NCBI GenBank assembly: GCA_963768095.1
Contig: CAVYGT010000002.1
Span: forward strand, 1,438,294-1,502,293
Source of the DNA: Terriglobia bacterium
GTDB lineage: Bacteria > Acidobacteriota > Terriglobia > Bryobacterales > Bryobacteraceae
Reading direction: 5' to 3'
DNA: 64,000 nt
The notes under the pieces were generated by a model, which was given only the letters and a program-made list of their open reading frames with translations, did no database searches and was not told the origin of the DNA. Below are positions 9,773-18,656 of the stretch, one piece after another (the first letter of the stretch is position 1; each line of letters begins with the position of its first letter). The translations under genes were made by a program, and so were the position numbers.

Positions 9773-11167
9773 TTATTGCATCCTCCAAACTGTTCCATCG
9801 TAGAAGATCCAATAGAATTTGCCGGCGGTTATCTGACCGCTGGCCGGATCGGTGGCGCCGTCATTCTGTTTGATTGATTTTGCCCCGAGACTGTCGATGT
9901 TCAGCGAGCATGCCCCAGCGTTTGAAGTATCGGTTCTCAGAACCACGAACATGCCCGTGGTGTAAGCCGACAGCACCTTGGTTGCGCCGAACGAACATGT
10001 ATAGCCGGTTGTTCCGTTGCTGGAACTGCAATAAATCGGCGTGCCGGCTTGAGCGGTGCCGATGGTCAACGCAACGCTCGTATTCAGGCTGGGAGTGCAA
10101 TCCACTCGATTAGCGCCGGCGTTATTAGCGCAGGTCTGGACAATTCCAGTTCCAGAAATGAAATTGAGTGTGGGCTGGGTGGCCTGCGTGGTTCCATTGG
10201 TAGCGATGGTCACGCCCGAGCCACCGCTTCCGCCCGCGCAATTGGTTCGTCCGTTTCCAGGATCGTCGGAGCAGCCTCCGCCGGTGAAGTTCAGCGTTGC
10301 CTCCACAGGCAGGTTCGTGCCGGCATTCTGAACTTTGGCGATGGCTCCGGCTGCACCCGTTGGTCCCGCAGGGCCTTGCGGCCCGGTTGCGCCAGTTGTT
10401 CCCGTGGCGCCCGTCGCCCCGGTAGGTCCAATGGGGCCTTGCGGACCGGTTGGACCAGCGGGCCCTTGAGCGCCGGTAATGGTCTGCGGCGTCCATGCTC
10501 CGGTAGAGTTGTTCCACGCCAACGATTGGCCGGTCGACGGCGCCGTCGACGATACGGGACGTCCCTGAATCTGAGTAACCACCGTGGCGCCGGCTGAACC
10601 TGTAACGTCTCCCGAAAGAGTCGAGACACCTGACGGTCCCTGTGGTCCGGCCGGGCCTTGTGGCCCTGTAGCTCCTGTGCCTCCGGTCGTTCCCGTAGCT
10701 CCGGTTGCACCCGTGGGACCAGCGGGACCCTGCGGACCGGTCGGACCGGCGGGACCTTGCACACCTGCAATCGTCTGCGGTGTCCACGCTCCGGTGCCGC
10801 TGTTCCACACCATGGACTGCCCGCTCGCCGGCGCGCTCGAAGACACCGGCCGGCCCTGGATCTGAGTCACCACCGTGGCGCTGGTCGTTCCGGTTACATC
10901 GCCCGCCAGCGACGGCGCTCCCGACTGCAAGGTCCACGAATTCTGCGCCGTACACGCGTACCAATTCGATCCGGCCGGCGCATTCGACTTGAAGAACGCC
11001 TCACCCACCCCGCAGGTTGCCGGCAGCACTGTTCCCGACTTGAATGGTTTGGTTGTAGCCGCATTGCTGAAGTCGACACTCTTGGTCTGGGTCCTCAGAT
11101 CCACCAATGTTTGCGCGGCTGCGCACGTTAGAAAAGACGTCGCAAATAGAACAATTCGGTATCGCAT
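9773..11167 (-). CDS. secreted collagen-triple-helix-repeat protein with tail-fibre-like repeats
   Basis: Signal peptide [19 protein letters not shown]. Two blocks of L(A/S)[33 protein letters not shown] are each followed by a run of about 15 G-X-Y triplets ([25 protein letters not shown]..). The C-terminus is Cys-rich and ends ..[16 protein letters not shown]. Confidence 0.85.
   Translation of the reverse strand: MRYRIVLFATSFLTCAAAQTLVDLRTQTKSVDFSNAATTKPFKSGTVLPATCGVGEAFFKSNAPAGSNWYACTAQNSWTLQSGAPSLAGDVTGTTSATVVTQIQGRPVSSSAPASGQSMVWNSGTGAWTPQTIAGVQGPAGPTGPQGPAGPTGATGATGTTGGTGATGPQGPAGPQGPSGVSTLSGDVTGSAGATVVTQIQGRPVSSTAPSTGQSLAWNNSTGAWTPQTITGAQGPAGPTGPQGPIGPTGATGATGTTGATGPQGPAGPTGAAGAIAKVQNAGTNLPVEATLNFTGGGCSDDPGNGRTNCAGGSGGSGVTIATNGTTQATQPTLNFISGTGIVQTCANNAGANRVDCTPSLNTSVALTIGTAQAGTPIYCSSSNGTTGYTCSFGATKVLSAYTTGMFVVLRTDTSNAGACSLNIDSLGAKSIKQNDGATDPASGQITAGKFYWIFYDGTVWRMQ
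10343..10909 (-). repeat. internal tandem duplication (two units of about 92-97 codons) containing G-X-Y collagen repeats
   Basis: Residues 87-183 and 184-275 of the collagen-like protein align almost position for position. The GGN/CCN periodicity creates spurious ORFs in all six frames, for example track ORFs 10125..10964 and 10291..10770. Confidence 0.85.
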
Positions 11168-11283
11168 AAGTTTGCTAGCTCAGACTTAGCAAACGAGTCT
11201 GCCGAGGTTAGGGGAGCGATTCGGTAAATGCCTGCAAATGCTGGCGAAGATTCCTGGCCAGGTCCGTCACCGCGAGCCGGGCG

Positions 11284-12453
11284 CTAATACACGCTGCGGC
11301 TGCGCGCAAGCGTTTTCCCCGACAGCGAGAACGTCGGCTCGCTCGCAGTCTTGCCATCGATGAGCTTGGCGAGGTATTCACCGACCGCCGGCCCGTGCTT
11401 GAAACCGTGTCCCGATCCTCCTCCGGCCAGCCAGACATTGTCGAAGTCCGGATGCCGGTCGATCAGGAAATCGCCGTTCCAGGTATTCTCGTACTGGCAA
11501 ACCCGCGATTCCACCAGCGGCGCTTCCGCGAGCGCGGGAAAGCGTTCGCCCAGAAAAGCCCGGGCCGCATCGACGCCGGTGGCCACGCGGTCGCCCGTAT
11601 CGGGGTCGAACTCGGGACCGTGGCGGTCGAAGGCCACCTTGAAACCGCGACTCTCGACCTCCGGCAGCACGTAGGGACAGCGTTCGTCGCCGAAATCGAT
11701 CCAGGCCGGCATCTGCGGCGGCGAAAAACGGCGATCGCCGGGTGGCGTACCGAAATAGAAAACTTCCTGGCGCGTTGCACGAATACGTCCGGCCAAGAGT
11801 TCGGGGAAAATTTTCGGCAGCCACGGCCCGCAGGCGTATACGAAAAGTCCGGCCTGAATGCCGCCGCCGGAGCTGGTCTTTATTCCGCCAGCCTCAGGTG
11901 CGGAGGCCGCCTGCCGGAAATATTCGACGCCGTTCCGCACCGCCTGCGCCACTACCTGCGTGACCGCCTTTCTGGCCATGAGCACGCCGGCCTTCGGCTC
12001 GTAGATTCCCTCTCGCTCCGAAGTGAACCGGAACTGCGGATAGCGCGCTTGCAGCCCTGCCGCGTCGAGATCCTCAAAGGCGACTCCGCATTTTTTGAAT
12101 GTGGCACGCGTCTCCACTGCACGGCGATCCGCGGGCGGCGGCGTCCACAATGCGCCCGTCTGTTGAAATAATTCCGGCTGCTTCACCGCGTCGAACAACT
12201 CGATCCAAAGCTCGCGCGAGTGCCACGCCCAGCGTGTATAAATCTCCTCCGGGCCGTAGCCCATGCGCAAGATACGCGACTCATCGCCCGAACTCGCCCG
12301 GCTGTTGGCGGGGCCATATTGATCGAGCAACGCAACCGAGCGGCCAGATTTGCGCAAATGATAAGCGGTCCACGCGCCGAATACACCAGCGCCGACCACT
12401 ACCGCATCATACGTATCACGCAATCGCCGCGCCTCTGCCTTTCCCGAGTGCAT
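11284..12453 (-). CDS. FAD-dependent oxidoreductase, DAO family (sarcosine / pipecolate / D-amino-acid oxidase-like)
   Basis: Motifs YDAVVVGAGVFGAWTAYHL..VALLDQ and a C-terminal GGSGHGFKHGPAVGE. Confidence 0.85.
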   Translation of the reverse strand: MHSGKAEARRLRDTYDAVVVGAGVFGAWTAYHLRKSGRSVALLDQYGPANSRASSGDESRILRMGYGPEEIYTRWAWHSRELWIELFDAVKQPELFQQTGALWTPPPADRRAVETRATFKKCGVAFEDLDAAGLQARYPQFRFTSEREGIYEPKAGVLMARKAVTQVVAQAVRNGVEYFRQAASAPEAGGIKTSSGGGIQAGLFVYACGPWLPKIFPELLAGRIRATRQEVFYFGTPPGDRRFSPPQMPAWIDFGDERCPYVLPEVESRGFKVAFDRHGPEFDPDTGDRVATGVDAARAFLGERFPALAEAPLVESRVCQYENTWNGDFLIDRHPDFDNVWLAGGGSGHGFKHGPAVGEYLAKLIDGKTASEPTFSLSGKTLARSRSVY

Positions 12454-13378
12454 GGCGGTAAGCCAGTTCCGCGGCGACGACGTCTTCCACGGCCAATCCC
12501 AGCGACTTGAAGATGGTCACTTCGCTCTCCGACGTGCGGCCGAGCTTCGGATCGGCAACCACCGCCCCTAGTTCGCCGGCGATGTGATCCTCCGTGAAGC
12601 GCCCCTCGCGAATCCCTTGCACAACGTCGCCGGATTCCTTAAGCGCGGACGCGCGCGAATCGACGATTAACCGTCCGCGCACCACCAGTGCCGGGTCCAT
12701 CTCGCGCTGGCTGGGGAGGCAGGCTCCCACCGATATTACGCAGGCACCCGGTTTGACCCAATCATTCTCGATGACTGGCGTAGACGACGCGGTCACCAAT
12801 GCGACGACGTCCGCGCCCTGTACGGCCTCCTCCGCGCTATCCACCGCGCGAATCGGGAAACCTCTCTGCTCGGAAACAAACCGCTCACGTTTTTCGGTCG
12901 ACCGGCTCCAGCAGCGAACCTCATCGAACTTCCGCGCCAGCGATAGTGCTTCCAGATGGCTACGCGCTTGCACGCCGGACCCGATGATCGCGAGTACCGA
13001 CGATTGCTGCCGCGCCAGAAACCGCGCCGCGACCGCCGACACGGCGGCAGTTCTCACTTCGGTGATGAATCGCCCATCGAGGATCGCGAGCAACGCGCCG
13101 CTTTCCGGATCGAGCAACACTATCGTAGCCAGGTGCGTCGGCAAACCCTTGCTCTCATTTTCGTGGAACACCGTGACCAGTTTGGCGCCCATTGCGGCCG
13201 GTTCGCCTACGTATGCCGGCATCGAAGCAAAAACACCGGACGGCGCCTGGATCACGGTTCGCACCGGCTGATTCACGCGCCCGGAAGAAAACGCCGCCAA
13301 CGCTTTTTGCATGGCGTCGATGAGTTCCCTCATTGAGAGCAGCGTGCGAATGTCCGCTTCGCCGAGCCAGATCGCCAT
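12416..13378 (-). CDS. ornithine cyclodeaminase / mu-crystallin family protein
   Basis: Rossmann motif LAIIGSGVQARSHLEAL plus family-typical N- and C-termini. The ATG at 13378 is preferred over the GTG at 13396; the start is uncertain. It overlaps the downstream DAO-family gene by 38 nt. Confidence 0.85.
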   Translation of the reverse strand: MAIWLGEADIRTLLSMRELIDAMQKALAAFSSGRVNQPVRTVIQAPSGVFASMPAYVGEPAAMGAKLVTVFHENESKGLPTHLATIVLLDPESGALLAILDGRFITEVRTAAVSAVAARFLARQQSSVLAIIGSGVQARSHLEALSLARKFDEVRCWSRSTEKRERFVSEQRGFPIRAVDSAEEAVQGADVVALVTASSTPVIENDWVKPGACVISVGACLPSQREMDPALVVRGRLIVDSRASALKESGDVVQGIREGRFTEDHIAGELGAVVADPKLGRTSESEVTIFKSLGLAVEDVVAAELAYRHALGKGRGAAIA

Positions 13379-13583
13379 ATGCGTCCAGTCTCCCACAGCA
13401 GGTGGACCGGTCCGGATGGTAGGAGATCCTTTGGCCTGCTAAGGCGTTTTGCACCGATTCCGTGCCGTACGACCTTAAGCGTAGGAGATGGATAGTGCGT
13501 TAGCTCGATTGAACTGCTACCCGGCCGATGTTAGTTTTCTTCAAGCTTCGAAAAACTTTTCGCAGTTTGAAAGGAAAAAAAAC

Positions 13584-15038
13584 ATGTCACGGTTACATTC
13601 GCTATACGTGTGTTTGGGGATGGCCATCGCAGGGAATCTTGCGGCTCAAAGCGACCCGGGTCCGCGGCCTGGCGCTGCGGGCGCGGGCGGATACTATTCC
13701 ACGCTGAATTCCTACGAGCAGGGGTTCTTCAGCCAAGCGCAAGTTCGGTTTCAGGAAGTCGATTCGGTGTCGGGAACAATCGAGTCCGGCGTCGGCTTGG
13801 GGCCGACGTTTAACGGCAACAGTTGCGCCATGTGCCACGCGCAACCCGCCATGGGGGGAAGCAGTCCCGGATTGAAGAGCCCGCAAAATCCGGTTCCGAA
13901 TCCTCAAGTAGCGCTGGCTACGATGCACAAAGCCGGCAATACGGTGCCTTCGTTCATCACCAAGGCCGGGCCCGTGCGAGAGGCCAGATTCATCTCGACG
14001 GACCCGGGGAATCCTAACGCAGCGCTAGACGGCGGTGTTCACGGCTTGTTCACGATCGCAGGCCGGATCGACGCGCCGGGATGCAATCTGGAGCAACCGA
14101 ACTTCGCCCAGCAACTGGCTGCCCACAACGTGATCTTCCGGATTCCGACGCCGATTTTTGGTTTGGGCTTAGTGGAGAGTACTCCCGATTCGGTTCTCGC
14201 AGCCAACCTGGCTTCGAACCAGGGGCAAAAAATCGCGCTCGGGATCGGTGGCAGGCTCAATACCAGCGGGAACGACGGGACCGTAACTCGCTTCGGTTGG
14301 AAAGCGCAAAACAAATCCTTGTTTGTTTTCGCCGGTGAAGCCTACAACGTGGAGCAAGGTGTATCCAACGAGGTTTTCCCGAACGAGCGCTCAGCCGTTT
14401 CAGGCTGCGTCTTCAACCAGACCCCCGAGGATGCGACCAACATCACAGATCCTGACGATCCGACCAGCACCACCGGCACCGCGTCGAAGATGTCATCGGA
14501 CGTGGTGAACTTCGCGGCCTTCATGCGATTGACGGCTCCGCCGGTCGCGACCACCTCCTCGCAGTCGGAAACGAATGGGCAGACGCTCTTTGGCAAGATC
14601 GGCTGCGCCTTGTGCCACTCGCCGTCACTGACCAATGGAGCTTCTATATTCACCGGGATGTCGAACGTCACCTATCATCCTTACTCCGATTTCGCCCTGC
14701 ATCATATGGGCGCGAATCTCGCCGATGGCGTCCTACAAGGCAGCGCAGGACCGGATGAGTTTCGCACCGCTCCTTTGTGGGGCGTTGGCCAGCGGCTGTT
14801 CTTTCTGCACGATGGCCGGACGTCGGACTTGTTGCAAGCCATCCAGGCCCACTCCAGTCCGGGGTCTGAATGCGTCAGTTCACAAAGCACGTTGCGCTTC
14901 CAAGCCAACGCAAATCCTTTCCAGTCCTCCACGCAGGGGTTTACCTGCGGTTCGGAAGCCAATGAGGTGGTCGAGAACTTTAACGCGCTCGGCAAGTCGC
15001 AACAGCGGGATATCCTGAACTTCCTGCGATCGTTGTAA
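13584..15038 (+). CDS. di-haem oxidoreductase / putative peroxidase (DUF1111-type)
   Basis: Two CxxCH motifs, NSCAMCHAQP and GCALCHSP. Signal peptide MSRLHSLYVCLGMAIAGNLAAQ. The ATG at 13584 is preceded by an A-rich, GGA-containing stretch. Confidence 0.8.
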   Translation: MSRLHSLYVCLGMAIAGNLAAQSDPGPRPGAAGAGGYYSTLNSYEQGFFSQAQVRFQEVDSVSGTIESGVGLGPTFNGNSCAMCHAQPAMGGSSPGLKSPQNPVPNPQVALATMHKAGNTVPSFITKAGPVREARFISTDPGNPNAALDGGVHGLFTIAGRIDAPGCNLEQPNFAQQLAAHNVIFRIPTPIFGLGLVESTPDSVLAANLASNQGQKIALGIGGRLNTSGNDGTVTRFGWKAQNKSLFVFAGEAYNVEQGVSNEVFPNERSAVSGCVFNQTPEDATNITDPDDPTSTTGTASKMSSDVVNFAAFMRLTAPPVATTSSQSETNGQTLFGKIGCALCHSPSLTNGASIFTGMSNVTYHPYSDFALHHMGANLADGVLQGSAGPDEFRTAPLWGVGQRLFFLHDGRTSDLLQAIQAHSSPGSECVSSQSTLRFQANANPFQSSTQGFTCGSEANEVVENFNALGKSQQRDILNFLRSL

Positions 15039-15049
15039 GCAATCGCGTG

Positions 15050-15586
15050 CTAGGCAGTGGCGCGCTGCTCGCGGAGGTCAAGTCCCGCGGCCAGCGCGCC
15101 TTCGTGCCGAAGCAGCCACTGTTTGCGTTCCAAGCCGCCGGCATAGCCCGTCAGTGCCGACGATGCGCCAATGACGCGATGACATGGCACGATGATCGCG
15201 ACCGGGTTCAGCGAATTCGCATGCCCGACCGCGCGGGCCGCTTTCGGCCTGCGAAGCCGCACCGCCAATTGGCCGTAAGTCCAGGTTTCGCCCACCGGGA
15301 TGCTTCGCAGCGCCTTCCAGACCAGCTCTTGAAAAGCACTCCCCTCCGTACACACAGGCGTGGAATCGAAAGCATGCAAGTCGCCCGCGAAATACTTTTG
15401 CAGCAGCCGCTTCAAACCCAGGGGATCGGAGCCGCGCTGAAATTCGACGTGGTCGTATCTGCGGGAAAGCAACGCCTCCATGCGCGATTCGTAACCGGCA
15501 AAATCGAGCGCGCAGATCGCTTCGCCATCCGAGCCGAACAAAATTCGACCGATCGGAGAATCGAACTCATCGTAATGGAGCAACAT
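15050..15586 (-). CDS. ogt: methylated-DNA--protein-cysteine methyltransferase
   Basis: Active site IIVPCHRVIGA and the helix TWTYGQLAVRL. The internal ATG at 15586 lies 6 nt after the stop of the upstream ada/alkA gene. Confidence 0.9.
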   Translation of the reverse strand: MLLHYDEFDSPIGRILFGSDGEAICALDFAGYESRMEALLSRRYDHVEFQRGSDPLGLKRLLQKYFAGDLHAFDSTPVCTEGSAFQELVWKALRSIPVGETWTYGQLAVRLRRPKAARAVGHANSLNPVAIIVPCHRVIGASSALTGYAGGLERKQWLLRHEGALAAGLDLREQRATA

Positions 15587-15591
15587 GATTC

Positions 15592-16965
15592 CTATTCCTT
15601 CCTTCGCAAAGATTCCCATAAGTATAGAGCCGCGTAAGACCGCCACGGCCGCCATGCTTCGGCCAACTCTTCCAGGCGGCGCGCCGAGGATACGCCGGAG
15701 GCTTTCAACAAGCCCAGGTCCGAGGCGGGAAACGCATCCGGATCGCCCAGCGCGCGCATCGCGATGTAGTTCGCGGTCCAAGGGCCAACGCCCGGCAACT
15801 CGCATATGCGCTCAATGAAGTCGCCCGGCACGACCGATCCGTCGAAACGGAGGCTTCCGTCGCAGACCGCCCGCGCCAGCGAGCGAAGCGATTCCGCGCG
15901 AGCTTTCGTCAAACCGATGCGGGTCAGGTCGGCTTCAGCCAGGACCTCTGGTTTCGGCGGACCAAACCGCTCTACTAAACGTGCGGCCAGCGTGCTGGCC
16001 CCTTTTACGGTGACCTGCTGGCCCAGGATGGCGCGCACCGACAGCTCGAATGCGTCCCAACAGCCCGGCAGCCGGAGGCCGCCATTTCGCCCGACAACTC
16101 CCCTCAGCACCGGCGATTTTCTCAAGTGCGCCGCGATCTCTCGCGTGTTGGCACGCAAATCGAAGAAGAAGCGGATTTGTTCCACCACGCTGCGTAGCCG
16201 GCTGACGTTAGCCGGATCGATACGCGCAATCAGGCAATTCCCGGCCGCATTGTGCCGCACCACAATCCCATTGCGGCGGTAGCTATCCTCATCGACTGCT
16301 TCCAATCCGGCGATAGCGCGGTAGCGCACGAAATTGAGGAACGCGTCCCAATCATAGGGGGGACGGTAGTTGAGTTTGAGCTCGATCGCTGATTGAGCGG
16401 CCGCTTCAGGCGGTTCGAACCGGCGCAGTTCCTTGGGGTTGCGCTGATAGGTCGCCCGCATAGCTTCGTTGAAGCGCCGCAGGCTTCCAAAACCGGAAGC
16501 GAACGCGATATCGGCGAACGGCAGGCTGGTTTCCGTGATGAGCTTTTTGGCGAAAAGGATGCGGCGCGTTTCCGCGACCACGATGGGCGGGACTCCGACA
16601 TGTTCCAGAAACAGGCGGCGCAAATGGCGATCTGTCAAACCCAGACGCTCGGCCAATTTCGCCGCCGATCCGGTATCGAGGGCGCCTTCGTTGATCAACC
16701 TGAGCGCGCGATTCACGGTGGTGGATGTTCCCGCCGACACCGGCAAATCCGGCGATACTTCCGGCCGGCATCGCAAGCAGGGCCGGTAGCCGGCCGCCTG
16801 AGCCGCGGGAGCGTTGGGGAAAAATTCCACGTTCCGGCGCAGCGGCGTGCGCGCCGGACAAACGGGCCGGCAGAATATCCCGGTGGAACGCACAGCCGTA
16901 AAGAACAAGCCGTCAAAGCGGGCATCCCGCGCTTTCAGCGCTCGATAGCAAGCTTCCGCATCCAT
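15592..16965 (-). CDS. Ada Zn-finger / AraC-HTH / AlkA DNA-3-methyladenine glycosylase II fusion
   Basis: Ada metal-binding domain FCRPVCPARTP..YRPCLRCRP, an AraC-type HTH (LAERLGLTDRHLRRLF), and an HhH-GPD domain (ELPGVGPWTANYIAMRALGDPDAFPASD). The ATG at 16965 was chosen; the remainder of track ORF 15592..17457 is Arg-rich junk. Confidence 0.9.
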   Translation of the reverse strand: MDAEACYRALKARDARFDGLFFTAVRSTGIFCRPVCPARTPLRRNVEFFPNAPAAQAAGYRPCLRCRPEVSPDLPVSAGTSTTVNRALRLINEGALDTGSAAKLAERLGLTDRHLRRLFLEHVGVPPIVVAETRRILFAKKLITETSLPFADIAFASGFGSLRRFNEAMRATYQRNPKELRRFEPPEAAAQSAIELKLNYRPPYDWDAFLNFVRYRAIAGLEAVDEDSYRRNGIVVRHNAAGNCLIARIDPANVSRLRSVVEQIRFFFDLRANTREIAAHLRKSPVLRGVVGRNGGLRLPGCWDAFELSVRAILGQQVTVKGASTLAARLVERFGPPKPEVLAEADLTRIGLTKARAESLRSLARAVCDGSLRFDGSVVPGDFIERICELPGVGPWTANYIAMRALGDPDAFPASDLGLLKASGVSSARRLEELAEAWRPWRSYAALYLWESLRRKE

Positions 16966-17043
16966 GCTTCGAGTATGCGCCAAGTCCCGGAAACACACTA
17001 GCGGTTTTCGGACATTGCCATTCCGGATCTTCGGGCAGTTAGA

Positions 17044-17856
17044 ATGGTCAGCGTGACTCGACGAATGTTTCTCGCCGCCGCGGCCAGCGCTTCCGCCATG
17101 AGTCAGGATATTTTGCAATTGCCGCCGCCCAAGGCCGATGCGCGCATTCCGTACGGCAAGGATCCATCGCAATTCGGCGAGCTGCGGCTGCCCGCGGGCA
17201 AGGGCCCGCATCCCACGGTACTCTTCATTCACGGCGGATTCTGGCGCAACGCGTACACTCTCGGGCACGCCGGGCACCTGTGCGCGGCGCTGGCGAAAGC
17301 CGGAGCGGCGACGTGGAACATCGAGTACCGGAGAATCGGCGATCCGGGCGGCGGCTGGCCTGGCACGTTGGATGACGTGTTGCACGCCGGAGAATATTTG
17401 GCCCGGTTGGGGCCGCGCTACAACCTGGATTTGCACCGCGCGGTCGGGGCCGGGCATTCAGCGGGCGGACAGCTGGTGCTCTGGTTGGCGGCGCAGAGAG
17501 CCGTCGATCTGCGCGGCGTGGTGCCGCTAGCCGCTGTTTCGGATCTGCGGCGCGCGTACGCCATGCAGCTCGGTGGCGGCGTAGTCGGCCAATTTATGGG
17601 CGGGTCGCCGGACCGATTCCCAGAGCGCTATCAGTCCACATCGCCCATGCAGCTGCTCCCGATTTCAGTCCCGCAGCGCGTGATGCACGGCACCGCGGAC
17701 AACATCGTGCCGTTCGAGATGAGCGAGCGCTTCGCCAAGGCGTCACACAACGCCAAGCTGATTCCGCTTCAGGGCGCCGGTCACTTCGAGCTGATCGATC
17801 CGCGCGCGCGCGAGTGGGAAACGGTTCAGAAGAACATCCTGGACTGGGAATTCTAG
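17044..17856 (+). CDS. alpha/beta hydrolase (arylformamidase / esterase-like), Tat-type signal
   Basis: Twin-arginine signal TRRMFLAAAASASA, oxyanion motif FIHGGFW, and nucleophile elbow GHSAGG. Confidence 0.8.
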   Translation: MVSVTRRMFLAAAASASAMSQDILQLPPPKADARIPYGKDPSQFGELRLPAGKGPHPTVLFIHGGFWRNAYTLGHAGHLCAALAKAGAATWNIEYRRIGDPGGGWPGTLDDVLHAGEYLARLGPRYNLDLHRAVGAGHSAGGQLVLWLAAQRAVDLRGVVPLAAVSDLRRAYAMQLGGGVVGQFMGGSPDRFPERYQSTSPMQLLPISVPQRVMHGTADNIVPFEMSERFAKASHNAKLIPLQGAGHFELIDPRAREWETVQKNILDWEF

Positions 17857-17859
17857 CGC

Positions 17860-18588
17860 ATGGACCTGGGATTGGCGGACCGCGTGGCCGTGGTGGCTGC
17901 GGCCAGCAAGGGTCTCGGCAAAGCGATCGCGCTGGGGCTGGCGGCAGAAGGCGCCAAACTGGCCATCTGCGCGCGCGGCCAAGAAGAACTGCACCGAACC
18001 GCCGCCCAGATCGGCTCGGATGTACTGGCCGAGGTTGTGGACGTCACGGTGGAATCGCAAGTCCAAACGTTCGTCGCCGACGTGATGCGCCGCTTCGGCC
18101 GCATCGATATCTGCGTCACCAACGCTGGCGGCCCTCCCGCCAAACGTTTCGAGGAAACGTCGATGGACGACTGGCGTACGGCCGTCGAAATGAATTTCAT
18201 GAGTGCTTTGCACTTTGCCCGGGCCGTGCTGCCGCATATGAAAGAGCAGCGTTGGGGCAGGCTGATCACGCTCACCTCGATGGCCGTTCTGCAGCCGGTA
18301 GACGGTTTGATCCTTTCCAATGCCGCGCGCACCGCGGTACGTGGCCTCGTCAAAAGCCTTTCCAATGAATATGCACCCTACAACGTGCTGGTCAACAACG
18401 TTTGCCCCGGCTACACGGCGACAGAGCGATTGAAAAAGCTCCAAGTCGACACCACGGAAATTCCGCTCGGCCGTATCGCGGCGCCGGAAGAAATCGCGAA
18501 CCTGGTTGTTTTTCTCGCGTCCGAGCGAGCCAGCTATCTCACCGGCGTCTCGATTCCCGTGGATGGTGGGTGGACCAAAGCCCTATAG
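17860..18588 (+). CDS. SDR-family oxidoreductase (FabG-like)
   Basis: Glycine-rich cofactor motif VVAAASKGLGKAIA, plus NAGG, YNVLVNNVCPG and a C-terminal DGGW. Confidence 0.85.
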   Translation: MDLGLADRVAVVAAASKGLGKAIALGLAAEGAKLAICARGQEELHRTAAQIGSDVLAEVVDVTVESQVQTFVADVMRRFGRIDICVTNAGGPPAKRFEETSMDDWRTAVEMNFMSALHFARAVLPHMKEQRWGRLITLTSMAVLQPVDGLILSNAARTAVRGLVKSLSNEYAPYNVLVNNVCPGYTATERLKKLQVDTTEIPLGRIAAPEEIANLVVFLASERASYLTGVSIPVDGGWTKAL

Positions 18589-18656
18589 TTCTGGCTGAAA
18601 CATTTTTAATCATTTCTGTATTTCCCGTTGACCGCATCTTGCTAAAATAAGGCGCA

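Noticed and set aside
9618-9812. N-terminal extensions in track ORFs: hfq 9324..9812, ada/alkA 15592..17457, ogt 15050..15805, kynU 20106..21425, caspase/TPR gene 30758..33631, PQQ-DH A1 38734.., gnd ..58400, tkt ..63976, rpiB ..61872.
   Set aside because: The extended parts are low-complexity or Arg-rich, overlap neighbouring genes, and precede internal ATGs that give family-typical N-termini, often with a GGAG-type ribosome-binding site.
9773-11167. The tail-fibre-like protein as evidence of a prophage.
   Set aside because: There is no integrase, capsid, terminase, baseplate or lysis gene within at least 8 kb on either side. The neighbours are housekeeping genes (hfq, hflX) and metabolic genes.
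10049-11189. A stack of overlapping ORFs in all frames (10125..10964, 10291..10770, 10658..11131, 10049..10597 and others), plus periodic GGN repeats that could be mistaken for a repeat array or CRISPR.
   Set aside because: They are by-products of the G-X-Y collagen codon periodicity and the internal duplication of the 9773..11167 gene. There is no repeat-spacer architecture.
18636-18656. A TTGACC .. TAAAAT promoter-like pair upstream of the lytic transglycosylase.
   Set aside because: The spacing between the two hexamers is only about 9-10 nt, which is incompatible with a standard sigma-70 promoter.
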